A DNA stretch of 64,000 bases from a virus, in IMG/VR virus record IMGVR_UViG_3300033183_000354, positions 64,001 through 128,000 of that record; one strand, given 5' to 3'. The notes beneath the pieces are model-generated. The model searched no databases and was not told the origin of the DNA. It worked only from the letters and a program-made list of their open reading frames with translations. Of the stretch, positions 16,666 to 26,380 are shown in pieces. The position numbers and the translations under genes were made by a program. The number at the start of each line of letters is the position of its first letter. Position 1 is the stretch's first letter.

Positions 16666-17801
16666 AAATCGTAGTTGTAGGCGGTGATGGCTTTTGTGGT
16701 TGGCCGACTTCTCTTAAACTGGCAAAAGAAGGCCATGACGTTACCATCGTTGATAACTTCTCACGTAGAAAGATCGACGAAGAGTTAAATAGTAATTCTT
16801 TGACTAACATCGCTGACATTTGGGACCGTTTAGAAGCAGCAAAAGAACATGGTATGGCCATGAGTCTTTGGACTGCTGATGCTACAAACTATAATTCAGT
16901 CTTTGCTATCGTAGATGATATTAGGCCTGATGTAATCGTACACTTTGCTGAACAACGCGCTGCTCCATATTCAATGATTAGCAATAAGGAAAGACGTTAT
17001 ACAGTTGATAATAATATCACTGCTACTCACAATATCCTTAATGCTATCGTCGATATTGATCCTAATATCCATCTGGTACACCTCGGAACGATGGGCGTAT
17101 ATGGTTATTCGAAAGAGTTTGGTGATATCCCTGAAGGATACCTGAACGTGAGGATTAATTCTACTCAACAAGATACTGATATCCTTTATCCTACAAATCC
17201 TGGCAGTGTCTATCATATGACTAAGTCACTTGATCAAATTATGTTCCAATTCTACAACAAAAATTGGGGCTTGAAAATCACTGACTTGCATCAAGGTATT
17301 GTTTGGGGTACACAGACCGAAGAGACTGAACTTGATGAAAGACTCGTTAATCGATTTGACTATGATGGCATCTACGGTACAGTGCTTAATCGATTTATCT
17401 CTCAAGCTGCTACCGGTAATGACATTACTGTGTATGGTGTAGGTGGTCAGGCAAGAGCTTTTATACATATTCAAGACACTGCACGTTGTATCAAACTTGC
17501 ATGTGAAAATCCACCAGAAGGTGGCAAGGTAAGGATCTTTAATCAGGTATCTGAAGTACGAACAGTTAAAGAACTAGCCGAGATCGTGGTAAATTCTTAT
17601 GGTGGTAATATCACTTATGTTGATAATCCAAGAAAAGAATTGGCCGAAAATGAACTGACAGTGAGCAATGAAGGCTTAAAGAGTCTTGGATTTGAACCTA
17701 TCACGCTGTCACAAAGCTTAGTAGATGACGTTAAGTTTATTGCCGAAAAGATGAAAGATAATCTAAAGAAGGAAAACATCTTAACGTCACCTAAATGGTA
17801 A
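16662..17801 (+). CDS. sqdB: UDP-sulfoquinovose synthase
   Basis: GGDGFCGWPT, HFAEQRAAPYSM, HLGTMGVYG, PGSVYHMTK, DLHQGIVWG, RFDYDG.YGTVLNRF, NPRKE. Confidence 0.93.
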   Translation: MKIVVVGGDGFCGWPTSLKLAKEGHDVTIVDNFSRRKIDEELNSNSLTNIADIWDRLEAAKEHGMAMSLWTADATNYNSVFAIVDDIRPDVIVHFAEQRAAPYSMISNKERRYTVDNNITATHNILNAIVDIDPNIHLVHLGTMGVYGYSKEFGDIPEGYLNVRINSTQQDTDILYPTNPGSVYHMTKSLDQIMFQFYNKNWGLKITDLHQGIVWGTQTEETELDERLVNRFDYDGIYGTVLNRFISQAATGNDITVYGVGGQARAFIHIQDTARCIKLACENPPEGGKVRIFNQVSEVRTVKELAEIVVNSYGGNITYVDNPRKELAENELTVSNEGLKSLGFEPITLSQSLVDDVKFIAEKMKDNLKKENILTSPKW

Positions 17802-17802
17802 A

Positions 17803-18477
17803 ATGAAAAATATTATATTACAACATTATACTGGTGAACTTGGTGAACTTGAAAAACAGAGCGTAGAAAATATCAAGAAATATGCTCATCGTTTTGGGGT
17901 CGACTATCAGCTCGTGACCGGTCAAGTATTCAACGAAAAGTTCACCACTCCAATTCAAAAGCTTTATATGCTTGATAAGGTATGGGATGACTACGATACT
18001 GTAGTTATGCTTGATATCGATATGTTTGCTCCAAAGGATCTTGAAGAAAATGTATTTGAAGTAGAAGGTATTGGTCTTCACGAAGATACTCAAAAAAGAT
18101 TGCATAATAATCTTTGTCGAACATATCCACATCTTGCAAGTAAGATGTATCCATATTGGGGAGGAGCTATCTATAAATTAGATAGAGCAGCACGTCAACA
18201 GCTGAGATTACCTCTTCAGTCCAACACGGGTTGGATGCAAAATTATAATAGACGATATCACTTCGGCGATGAAGGTATCATGCATACTCTTGCGCTTAAG
18301 TCAGACTTTAAGACTGATAAACCATATATGCATAAGAAGTGGTGTCAGTGTAGTTTTCTTCCGGAGCCAGAAAAAGCAGGCTTTATCCATATTCGCACAA
18401 AAGTAACTCCTCGAGGCCCGAAGAGAGAAAAGATCGATAACCTTAAATCGTTACAACAGAGAAATATCATCGAATGA
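17803..18477 (+). CDS. GT-A glycosyltransferase
   Basis: MLDID, DEG, FIH; paralogous to 15880. Confidence 0.75.
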   Translation: MKNIILQHYTGELGELEKQSVENIKKYAHRFGVDYQLVTGQVFNEKFTTPIQKLYMLDKVWDDYDTVVMLDIDMFAPKDLEENVFEVEGIGLHEDTQKRLHNNLCRTYPHLASKMYPYWGGAIYKLDRAARQQLRLPLQSNTGWMQNYNRRYHFGDEGIMHTLALKSDFKTDKPYMHKKWCQCSFLPEPEKAGFIHIRTKVTPRGPKREKIDNLKSLQQRNIIE

Positions 18478-19328
18478 AGATCTTAGTTACCGGCGCCACC
18501 GGATATATTGGCTCACACTTTGTTAAGACAGCAGCTGAACATGGTCATTCTGTAGTCGCTACAGATTATAATCACAAGCAAAATGATATTAGTCAATATG
18601 TTACTGAGATCATTGATTGGGATTTTCGTCGACCTGCTGGTATGAGACGATCATTTGATAAAGTCGTACATATTGGCGCGATGGGTAAGGTACCACTCTC
18701 TGTCAAAAATCCATGGCTTTATTATGAGACAAATGTTGTAGGCACAAAGAACGTGATCGACTTTGCGGACTGTGATCACTTTGTCTATTGCTCAACTGGT
18801 TCTGCTTTTAGTCCTGAAGCTTCTCCATATGCTGCTACTAAGTATGGCGGGGAATTGATAACAAAACAATTCAAAGAAAAACATAGCATCGTAAGGTTTT
18901 ATAATGTTTGTGGCAATAATGGATTTAATAAGTATGATGATGAATATTCCCATTTAATTAGAAAAGCAGCTGCTGTTGCAAATGGCAAGTTTGATACGCT
19001 TGAGATCTTTGGCACAGACTATGATACTCGAGATGGTACGTGTATTAGAAACTATACACACGTAACTGATATCGTTGATTCATTAGAACGAGTAGTTGAT
19101 AATGAGCCTACAGACATCATCGATTGTCTTGGTTCACCTGAAGGCGTAACAGTAAGAGAAGTAATCGATACGATGTGTAATGTTTCAAAAAAGAACTTAC
19201 ATGTAGTAGAAAGAGATAGAAGAGCCGGAGATATTCCAGTCTCAACTGTACCAGATAAATCAATACATTTTATGCAAACTAAGTCTGTTGCCGATATGTG
19301 TCTAGATGCATTGGATCATGAAGTATGA
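18474..19328 (+). CDS. galE: NAD-dependent epimerase, UDP-glucose 4-epimerase-like
   Basis: TGATGYIG, YAATK, FGTDYDTRDGTCIRNYTHV, RRAGD. Confidence 0.8.
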   Translation: MKILVTGATGYIGSHFVKTAAEHGHSVVATDYNHKQNDISQYVTEIIDWDFRRPAGMRRSFDKVVHIGAMGKVPLSVKNPWLYYETNVVGTKNVIDFADCDHFVYCSTGSAFSPEASPYAATKYGGELITKQFKEKHSIVRFYNVCGNNGFNKYDDEYSHLIRKAAAVANGKFDTLEIFGTDYDTRDGTCIRNYTHVTDIVDSLERVVDNEPTDIIDCLGSPEGVTVREVIDTMCNVSKKNLHVVERDRRAGDIPVSTVPDKSIHFMQTKSVADMCLDALDHEV

Positions 19329-20119
19329 AGAAATATTTAATTTACCAATATTGGATAGGTCCAACCATGGAGAAGTGTGCCGAATATGGCATTGAAACCA
19401 TGAAAGCGTATGCTAAAAAGATTGGCGCCGAATATCGATTCGAAAGAAATCCTACTTTCTTTAATAATATTTGTTCTCAACCTGCAGCCTTTAATTCATT
19501 TCAACCTGTCTTCAATGAAGAGTATCATGAGTATGATGCTGTACTAACACTTGACACTGACATCTTTCCAGTTGATGGCATCGAAGAGAATATCTTTGAG
19601 TCGGATCTTGGAGAGATGAATATTTGTGAAGAAGTGCATATGCCAGCGCTAAAGAAGAAGACTGGTACGTATGACATCCAAGAGAAATGGTCACAAGAAG
19701 TGGAACGATTCTATGACATTGAAATGCCTAAAAATAAAGATGGATTATACAAGATTTATAATGGCGGCTTAGCAATCTATACAAAAGATGGTATGAAGAA
19801 AGGCAAGGAGCTGATGCAACCTATTCAGCCTTTCATGGATCACTTTAGATCAAAGTTTAGTCGTAAACTCTTTTGGAGGGATCAGGCTTATGTACATGCT
19901 ATGTTCGTAAAAAGTGGTTTACAATCGAAAGAACTTGATGTAAAATGGAATACACAAATACACTATGAACCAAATACAAAAGGACCTAAAAGGCCAGTTA
20001 TAGATATTAGAAATAAAGATACTCGCTTCGTTCATCTACAACTATCTGGTTCAAGTGATTGGGATAAACAAAGGATTTGGGAAGCGGTCAATTTACCGCC
20101 AACTATGTGGAACAACTAA
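19325..20119 (+). CDS. GT-A glycosyltransferase
   Basis: LIYQY N-terminus, LDTD, YNGG, DQ, KWN, FVH. Confidence 0.8.
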   Translation: MKKYLIYQYWIGPTMEKCAEYGIETMKAYAKKIGAEYRFERNPTFFNNICSQPAAFNSFQPVFNEEYHEYDAVLTLDTDIFPVDGIEENIFESDLGEMNICEEVHMPALKKKTGTYDIQEKWSQEVERFYDIEMPKNKDGLYKIYNGGLAIYTKDGMKKGKELMQPIQPFMDHFRSKFSRKLFWRDQAYVHAMFVKSGLQSKELDVKWNTQIHYEPNTKGPKRPVIDIRNKDTRFVHLQLSGSSDWDKQRIWEAVNLPPTMWNN

Positions 20120-20847
20120 TGACTTTATGGAATGAAATTAAATCAAATATAGCAAATGACTTTAAGAGTAAGCAAAAAAACTTCTTAAAGTCAAATGCAG
20201 TGAAGAAGACGATGCATTTTCATAACCCAAAATTATGCAGTCGTTTATACGAACGTGTCAAAAAAGATCCACGGATTAGTCAAATTAAAGATCCTCAAAT
20301 TGGATCTCCTACACTTTATAAATTAGGCCTATCACAATCAACTCTTCGAAGTTTTTATTATTATAAGCTTTTTGAAGATACATTTGGAACTGAGATCGAT
20401 CATATTACAGACTTTGGAGCAGGTTATGGTAATAACTGCAGAGTATGGCATGATTTAGGGTTTAATGGTGAATATTATCTCGTTGACTTGCCTGAAGTCA
20501 CTGAGCTTCAACAATACTATACTTCAAAGACTGTTAAAGGTAATCTACGCTTTATGTCGGCCGAGACTCTCAAACAACCTTCAACTCGAAATGGATTATT
20601 CTTCGCTACATTTAGTTTGGATGAAACTCCTTATGAAGTAAGGGATATGATGGAAGAGAAGCTACGTAATTATCGTTATATCTTTATTCATTATAATGAT
20701 TCATTTCCTGTATATGGCCGCGACCAAGAAGAAATAGATAATGTAAAGTATTTTAAAGATCTTCAGAAGCGATTGTTTAAATATAATTTTTATGATATTA
20801 AAGATGAGATGCAGATGAAAAACTATATGATAGGTGTTAAGAAATGA
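20119..20847 (+). CDS. Putative sugar O-methyltransferase
   Basis: DFGAGYG SAM motif, VDLPEV..LQ.YY, ATFSLDETP. Confidence 0.75.
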   Translation: MTLWNEIKSNIANDFKSKQKNFLKSNAVKKTMHFHNPKLCSRLYERVKKDPRISQIKDPQIGSPTLYKLGLSQSTLRSFYYYKLFEDTFGTEIDHITDFGAGYGNNCRVWHDLGFNGEYYLVDLPEVTELQQYYTSKTVKGNLRFMSAETLKQPSTRNGLFFATFSLDETPYEVRDMMEEKLRNYRYIFIHYNDSFPVYGRDQEEIDNVKYFKDLQKRLFKYNFYDIKDEMQMKNYMIGVKK

Positions 20848-21419
20848 TCAATTCAGATTTATCACATGTAGAGACTCTAGTTGAATTTAATGAGTCTATT
20901 CGTGAACAACAAGAAGAAGCTCATGGTAAAGACTATTGTGCTATTCATGACGCAATTAAAAAGTATATGAAAGAATGTAAGAGTTATATGGAACTTGGTA
21001 CACATCAAGGCGGTACTGCTTCGACTGCTATGCTCTGTAATCCAGAATTTATTCAACTCGTTGATATTGACTTCTCTCGTTATAATAAATTCCTCGCACC
21101 TATCGCAAGAAAATACTGTAAAGAAAACGACATCAAGCTTTCAATCAAACAAGCTGACTCAACAGGCCTTGGTTCTACTGCTTGGGTCGATATGTTGGTC
21201 ATCGACTCTTATCATCATCCTCAGCATATGATAAAAGAATTAAATATGCATGCTGGTCACGTAAGTAAATATATCATCGCTCATGATACGAGCGTACTAC
21301 ATGGCAATCCTAATGATTCTCTTTATCGTGTTCTTAAAAACTTTGCGAGTGATGGTAAATGGGAAATCATTGAACACAATACAAATAATGTAGGTTATAC
21401 GGTATTGAAAAAACAATGA
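20844..21419 (+). CDS. Class I SAM methyltransferase (Methyltransf_24-like)
   Basis: ELGTHQGGT, LVIDSYH, IAHD, NNVG. Confidence 0.8.
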   Translation: MINSDLSHVETLVEFNESIREQQEEAHGKDYCAIHDAIKKYMKECKSYMELGTHQGGTASTAMLCNPEFIQLVDIDFSRYNKFLAPIARKYCKENDIKLSIKQADSTGLGSTAWVDMLVIDSYHHPQHMIKELNMHAGHVSKYIIAHDTSVLHGNPNDSLYRVLKNFASDGKWEIIEHNTNNVGYTVLKKQ

Positions 21420-22117
21420 AAGCATATGTAATCACGATAGAAGGTCACGGTATATCCGAAGAAGCCGCTGCTAATTGTGTCATTAGTAGTAAGTCAGTAA
21501 AGAATGACTTTGACGTTGAAGTCTTCAAAGCTGTTGTACCTTCTGAAGTTCCGGCTCTTATGCGAGACTTTAGAGTAAAATGGAACTATCCATGGGAAGG
21601 ACAAATATTTGACTTTAAGACTGGCCTTAAAAAGACTGCATATCCTACTAAAAATAGAGACGCAAGAATCGCATGTGCTCTGAGTCATTATTCTCTTTGG
21701 AGAGAATGTCTGCATAAGCATAAAGATATTCTTGTCCTTGAGCATGACGCTCGATTCAAACGTAAACTCGATACTGGATTAATAGATCGTAATAAGTATG
21801 TTATCATTGGCATTAATAACCCTCTCTTTGCGACGAGGAAATCAAAAGAATTTAAAGACAAAGTTGATCAATATCAAAAGCAGTATGAAGTCGTTCCTGC
21901 ACCGACTATTGATGATCATGATGTACCACAGGGATTAGCCGGAAACTCTGCATACATAATTAAACCAAAGGGCGCAGAGAAGATGATTAAGCTTGTTGAA
22001 GAACATGGCCTTTGGCCAAATGATGCACTAATGTGTAAACAGCTTGTACCATTACTTGGAGTAACGACCACATTTTACACAGAAGTACAAGGAACACCTT
22101 CAACTACATCGAGATAA
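21416..22117 (+). CDS. Glycosyltransferase family 25-like
   Basis: AYVI, ACALSHYSLW, VLEHDA, AYIIKPKGA, D. Confidence 0.85.
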   Translation: MKAYVITIEGHGISEEAAANCVISSKSVKNDFDVEVFKAVVPSEVPALMRDFRVKWNYPWEGQIFDFKTGLKKTAYPTKNRDARIACALSHYSLWRECLHKHKDILVLEHDARFKRKLDTGLIDRNKYVIIGINNPLFATRKSKEFKDKVDQYQKQYEVVPAPTIDDHDVPQGLAGNSAYIIKPKGAEKMIKLVEEHGLWPNDALMCKQLVPLLGVTTTFYTEVQGTPSTTSR

Positions 22118-22119
22118 AA

Positions 22120-22770
22120 ATGAAAGCATACGTAATTACGATTCAAGACAATGAAAGATCTGTGCAGGTAGCATCACGTTGCATGCAATCTGCAGAGAGA
22201 AATGGTATTGTAGTAAAACAATGGAAAGCTACAACTCCGATAGATATGCCTATCGATAAGCTTATCTTGGATGATGTAAAGATCACTGGATTACATGAAG
22301 CATATTCGCGAATCGCTAACTGTGCTGCAGCATTTCATTCTCATTATTCTTTATGGAAACACTGTGTCGAAACTGATGAAGAGCTATTGATTTTTGAACA
22401 CGATGCATATGTTATCGATCAGATTAAAACTAATCTTCCATATGAAAAGGCAATGTCAATCGGTAAGCCTTCTTATGGTAAGTTTAATATCCCTCCTCAT
22501 CTTGGCATTAATCCTCTTACGTCAAAAAGTTATTTCCCGGGTGCTCATGCATATTTTGTAAAACCAGCTGGAGCAAAAGAGTTTATTAAGCAAGCAAAGG
22601 TATTTGCTAGACCAACAGATGTATTCCTTAATACGCAATCATTTCCATGGTTACAAGAATATTATCCTTGGCCAGTAGAAGCGCGTGATAACTTTACAAC
22701 CATTCAAAACGAAAAGGGCTGTTACGCTAAACATAATTATGGTGAAGCTTATGACATTGAAGAAGTATGA
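22120..22770 (+). CDS. Glycosyltransferase family 25-like
   Basis: AFHSHYSLW, IFEHDA, GAHAYFVKPAGA; paralog of 21416. Confidence 0.85.
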   Translation: MKAYVITIQDNERSVQVASRCMQSAERNGIVVKQWKATTPIDMPIDKLILDDVKITGLHEAYSRIANCAAAFHSHYSLWKHCVETDEELLIFEHDAYVIDQIKTNLPYEKAMSIGKPSYGKFNIPPHLGINPLTSKSYFPGAHAYFVKPAGAKEFIKQAKVFARPTDVFLNTQSFPWLQEYYPWPVEARDNFTTIQNEKGCYAKHNYGEAYDIEEV

Positions 22771-23401
22771 TGAAGCGTTTTTGACAGGCTGTGATGAAGG
22801 CCATGCGTGGATGCTTCCATGGTTCGTTGAAAACTACAAAAAATATAACAAAACTCCTCTCGTCTTTGCTGATTTTGGGGTTTCTAAGGATACAATGGAG
22901 TTTGTGCAACAAAACTTCCATGCGATCCTTGATATGACGAAGACTAAAGAAAAAGGTTGGTTTAAGAAACCACGTTCAATGCTCTATGCGCCTTCACGTA
23001 AGACTGTATGGATTGATACTGACTGTGAAGTAAAAGCAAATATCGAAGACTTATTCAATATGCTTGAGCCTGGTAAACTTGCTATGGTCGAAGATAAACC
23101 ATGGTCAAAGAGAAGAGGAGATCTGTGGCATAACTCAGGAGTAGTGGGCTTTATAGATAAGCCTATAATCCTCCATCAATGGTGTCAAAATGTACACGAT
23201 GATCCTACTGTTGGAGATCAAGAGGTCTTACATAGTATGTTAAATCCTATTACCAAATTAACATACATTAAAGACTTACCAAATGAATATAATGTGATGA
23301 GACTGCAACTTGATCATGATGGATATAAAGGTGAAACGAAGATTATCCATTGGACAGGCGCAAAAGGGAAAGAGCGTATTAGGAGTATGATGAATGGCTA
23401 G
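22751..23401 (+). CDS. GT8-like glycosyltransferase
   Basis: WFKKP, WIDTD, NSGV, GDQEVL, LPNEYN, IIHWTG.KGK. Confidence 0.85.
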   Translation: MTLKKYDEAFLTGCDEGHAWMLPWFVENYKKYNKTPLVFADFGVSKDTMEFVQQNFHAILDMTKTKEKGWFKKPRSMLYAPSRKTVWIDTDCEVKANIEDLFNMLEPGKLAMVEDKPWSKRRGDLWHNSGVVGFIDKPIILHQWCQNVHDDPTVGDQEVLHSMLNPITKLTYIKDLPNEYNVMRLQLDHDGYKGETKIIHWTGAKGKERIRSMMNG

Positions 23402-24002
23402 AGTTGTTCATGTATTAGGTAATGGTGATTCAGCTTCTTTTTATAATGCTGAACCTCGTAAAGGATTAAAGCTTACCTGTAATTTGCCACCATTTGAAGT
23501 AAATGACGTATATGCTACTACGATCGTTGACTTTAAGATGATGAGAGCGATGGCTAAAGGTGAGATCATTGTTCCAGGTCAATGGGTCCTTGGTATGAGA
23601 CCAAAAATATTCCTCGATGGTAACCCTCAAGCCCATATGCGGTTTGCCCAACAGATTAAACAATTCTATTTGACTCTACCAAAGTATTGTCCTAACTATA
23701 CAGATTTAAGCTGTGGTCACTTTGCCGTACATTATGCAGCATCAACGTTTAAGCCTGATGAGATCCATATGTATGGATTTGATGCTATCTTTGACTTTAA
23801 TCTACGTAGCTCTTCAGATCTTTTTATGCATTCAGATCGTGAAAATATGAATAACAATCGCCTAGCTACTAACTGGAGACCAGTTTGGACTGGCATCTGG
23901 AATGAGTTCAAAGACGTCAAATTTGTACTCCATCATTTTCATAATGGTCTTAAGCCTAAACACGGTGATAACGTAGAGATTAAAGTTTATTCGAAAAAAT
24001 AA
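23394..24002 (+). CDS. Glycan-modification protein (GT29/MAF-like fold)
   Basis: VLGNGDS, CN, SCG..A, IHMYGFD pattern. Confidence 0.55.
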   Translation: MARVVHVLGNGDSASFYNAEPRKGLKLTCNLPPFEVNDVYATTIVDFKMMRAMAKGEIIVPGQWVLGMRPKIFLDGNPQAHMRFAQQIKQFYLTLPKYCPNYTDLSCGHFAVHYAASTFKPDEIHMYGFDAIFDFNLRSSSDLFMHSDRENMNNNRLATNWRPVWTGIWNEFKDVKFVLHHFHNGLKPKHGDNVEIKVYSKK

Positions 24003-24075
24003 TGCGTTTTTTTGTTTACAAGCTCCTCTTTTTATGGTAAGATAGGATCATAATAAAAGAGGAGTTAATATTATG
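24001..24075 (+). repeat. Early promoter/stem-loop/SD cassette, copy 2
   Basis: TTTACA(24015)-17-TAAGAT; CTCCTCTTTT 24023-24032 / AAAAGAGGAG 24055-24064. Confidence 0.85.
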
Positions 24076-24285
24076 TCACGTTTGAAAGACCTTATCATCG
24101 ACGCACAAGAACTAGCTTGTGAAAACTATAATCTCGATCGTCGAGATTTTCGTACAATAATCGAAAAAGAGTTTGCCGATCATCCATATCGTCCATTGAT
24201 GATCCAAGCAGCTTATCAATGCTACGATGAAATCCAAAATGAAATGTATGCATGGCACGAAGGAGCACTCCAAGGTGTCGCATAG
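24073..24285 (+). CDS. Early hypothetical protein
   Basis: Directly behind promoter and SD. Confidence 0.65.
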   Translation: MSRLKDLIIDAQELACENYNLDRRDFRTIIEKEFADHPYRPLMIQAAYQCYDEIQNEMYAWHEGALQGVA

Positions 24286-24475
24286 TTCTGATATCGTCAA
24301 TACCAAAAATCACTGGGCAGTAGGCATTCGCTGGCCAGTGATTGGTAGTCGCGGTGATAAATATACAGTGGAAATGACAGACTATGGCTTTGAATGTAAC
24401 TGTATATCATTCCGCAAGTGCAAACATATCAAACAAGTAGAGGCATTATTCGATGATCACAGTGAAGGGCGGTAG
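24227..24475 (+). CDS. SWIM zinc-finger protein
   Basis: GSRGDKYTV...CNC...CKH; start uncertain. Confidence 0.75.
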   Translation: MKSKMKCMHGTKEHSKVSHSSDIVNTKNHWAVGIRWPVIGSRGDKYTVEMTDYGFECNCISFRKCKHIKQVEALFDDHSEGR

Positions 24476-24869
24476 AGCCAAACAAAGGCAGATTGTTAAT
24501 CGTGCTGCAGAGTTTGCGTGGAATTATCTCATGCCACGAGTCAGAAACTGTTTCGTCGATATTCAACTGAAAAAAATTGAAGATGCTCAAGGCTATTGTC
24601 TTGAAGTTGATGATCGGATGTATGATCTTGAGATTGATAGTCGACTCGAAGGTGACGACTTATTGACTTGTGTTTTTCATGAGATGGTTCATGTGAAGCA
24701 AGGTGTTCGTGGAGAGTTGAAAGATAAAACTTATTTCGCGAAGATATGGAAGGGTGAAGAATATCTTAATTTTGTCTATGATGTTAATCACCCATGGGAA
24801 GAAGAAGCTTATCGTTTACAGGAGGTAATTTTAGAAGCATGGAAACGTACTCGTTCGGGATCCCCTTGA
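24453..24869 (+). CDS. Zincin-like metallopeptidase
   Basis: HEMVHVKQ and PWEEEA. Confidence 0.75.
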   Translation: MITVKGGRAKQRQIVNRAAEFAWNYLMPRVRNCFVDIQLKKIEDAQGYCLEVDDRMYDLEIDSRLEGDDLLTCVFHEMVHVKQGVRGELKDKTYFAKIWKGEEYLNFVYDVNHPWEEEAYRLQEVILEAWKRTRSGSP

Positions 24870-25111
24870 AACCGGTGGATCAAACTGACAAAGAAGCTGA
24901 ATACTACCGTGACATGGTAGTAAAACAAGGCGATCATATTGAACTGCTCAAGCAAAATGTTCATGAATTACAAGGTCAACTACAGCAAGCATATCGTCGA
25001 ATCGCTGAATTGAGAGAAGCACTCGATGTAGAAATTGGAGAAAAACAAAATGAAGAAAATCTTATTGTCGACTACACCCTTATTCCTACTCGCAACGACA
25101 GCATTCGCTGA
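24794..25111 (+). CDS. Coiled-coil hypothetical protein
   Basis: LQGQLQQAYRRIAEL heptads; start probably internal. Confidence 0.5.
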   Translation: MGRRSLSFTGGNFRSMETYSFGIPLKPVDQTDKEAEYYRDMVVKQGDHIELLKQNVHELQGQLQQAYRRIAELREALDVEIGEKQNEENLIVDYTLIPTRNDSIR

Positions 25112-25436
25112 GACTACTCAAGATCATTATAAAACTGTTATTGTTCAAAAGCCATATACAGTTGAAATCTGTACTCAAGGCAACAACAAGTCAGAAGTTC
25201 AAAACTTTCTAGAAGGAGCTATTGTAGGTGGTGCTATTGGCAATAACATTCCTGGTGAAAAGAATGGTGGAGCGCTCGGAGCATTCTTAGGTGGTGTACT
25301 CAATACTGAGAGAAACAAAGGACCTCAGTGTCGTACCGAAACACGATATGAGGAAGAGACAAAGACAATCTATTCTCATTCAACTGTTACCTTTACGCAT
25401 GAAGGTCGTCAATACTCACTGAGGTTTCAGAAATAA
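25050..25436 (+). CDS. Secreted glycine-zipper protein
   Basis: Signal peptide ..TAFA; GAIVGGAIG..GALGAFLGG; two Cys. Confidence 0.75.
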   Translation: MKKILLSTTPLFLLATTAFAETTQDHYKTVIVQKPYTVEICTQGNNKSEVQNFLEGAIVGGAIGNNIPGEKNGGALGAFLGGVLNTERNKGPQCRTETRYEEETKTIYSHSTVTFTHEGRQYSLRFQK

Positions 25437-25684
25437 TGTACACCGTCTACTCAAAAGCAGGATGCATCTTTTGCGATGCAGCAATGGATCTAATGGATCG
25501 CCATCACATTCAATACAAAGAAATCAAAGTTCATCTAGACGAAGGTGCTCGAGCTCTATTCAAGCAGAGAAAATGGACAACTGTTCCTCAGATTATTGAT
25601 GATAACGGCATCCATATTGGTGGCTATGAGGACTTTAAAAAAAGTCTGATTGTTGAAAACCCAGCCGAGGTAAATTCATTTTAA
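25436..25684 (+). CDS. Glutaredoxin
   Basis: CIFC, TVPQI, HIGGY. Confidence 0.88.
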   Translation: MYTVYSKAGCIFCDAAMDLMDRHHIQYKEIKVHLDEGARALFKQRKWTTVPQIIDDNGIHIGGYEDFKKSLIVENPAEVNSF

Positions 25685-25691
25685 TTGAAAA

Positions 25692-25735
25692 AAGTGCATT
25701 TTTTAGTGTACATTTACTGAGAGTTGTAGTATAAT
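25692..25735 (+). promoter_or_regulatory. Early promoter
   Basis: AAGTGCATTTTTTAG upstream element, TGTACA-17-TATAAT, SD GAGGAG. Confidence 0.75.
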
Positions 25736-25765
25736 ATATACATGATTGAAAAAGAGGAGCTAATC

Positions 25766-26065
25766 ATGTCTTACATTATGGAAAAAAATCTCGTCGATTA
25801 CATCAACGCTCAGCGCGCTGAGGCCGAAGAGTTCTCAAAGCAGCCTGGCTGTTGGATGGGTAAGATGGTCGATCCCGCTGATATCGAATACTGGAGCCAG
25901 CGTGTTCCTTCCGGTACTCTCAAAGAGTTCCAGCGTATCCAACTCATCGAGGATGCGTACTATATCACCGCTGATCATGTCAGCAAGTCGTATGCTCGGT
26001 CTCTCGAGTTTCATAAGTGGACCGATGAGAAGATTGAGGCTCATATAGAAAGGATGTGTGCATGA
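25766..26065 (+). CDS. Early hypothetical protein
   Basis: SD-preceded ATG. Confidence 0.6.
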   Translation: MSYIMEKNLVDYINAQRAEAEEFSKQPGCWMGKMVDPADIEYWSQRVPSGTLKEFQRIQLIEDAYYITADHVSKSYARSLEFHKWTDEKIEAHIERMCA

Positions 26066-26280
26066 TGGAGTACGCAGGTTCAGGATCTCCCTTTGTTCGA
26101 GGCGGTATGGATAGCTATTATCGCAGACCTCGCTGTCCTCACTATCACATGAATGGTATTAATGAATACGGCAATCCGTGTATTAATAGAGTCTATGATC
26201 TGACCGAAGAACAGATCAAAGAATATCATGCTGGTTATGATGAGAACGAAGAGCGCGGTGACTATAAGGATTGGGGTTAA
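26062..26280 (+). CDS. Hypothetical protein
   Basis: RGGMDSYYRRPRCPHY...EYHAGY..GDYKDWG motif. Confidence 0.6.
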   Translation: MMEYAGSGSPFVRGGMDSYYRRPRCPHYHMNGINEYGNPCINRVYDLTEEQIKEYHAGYDENEERGDYKDWG

Positions 26281-26380
26281 TCATGAAAATCATTATAGGT
26301 ATTCTCATGATATTACTATTAGGTTATAATGATTGGGAATTATTAGATATATTACAACGACATGTAGTAGAGTTTTTAAA

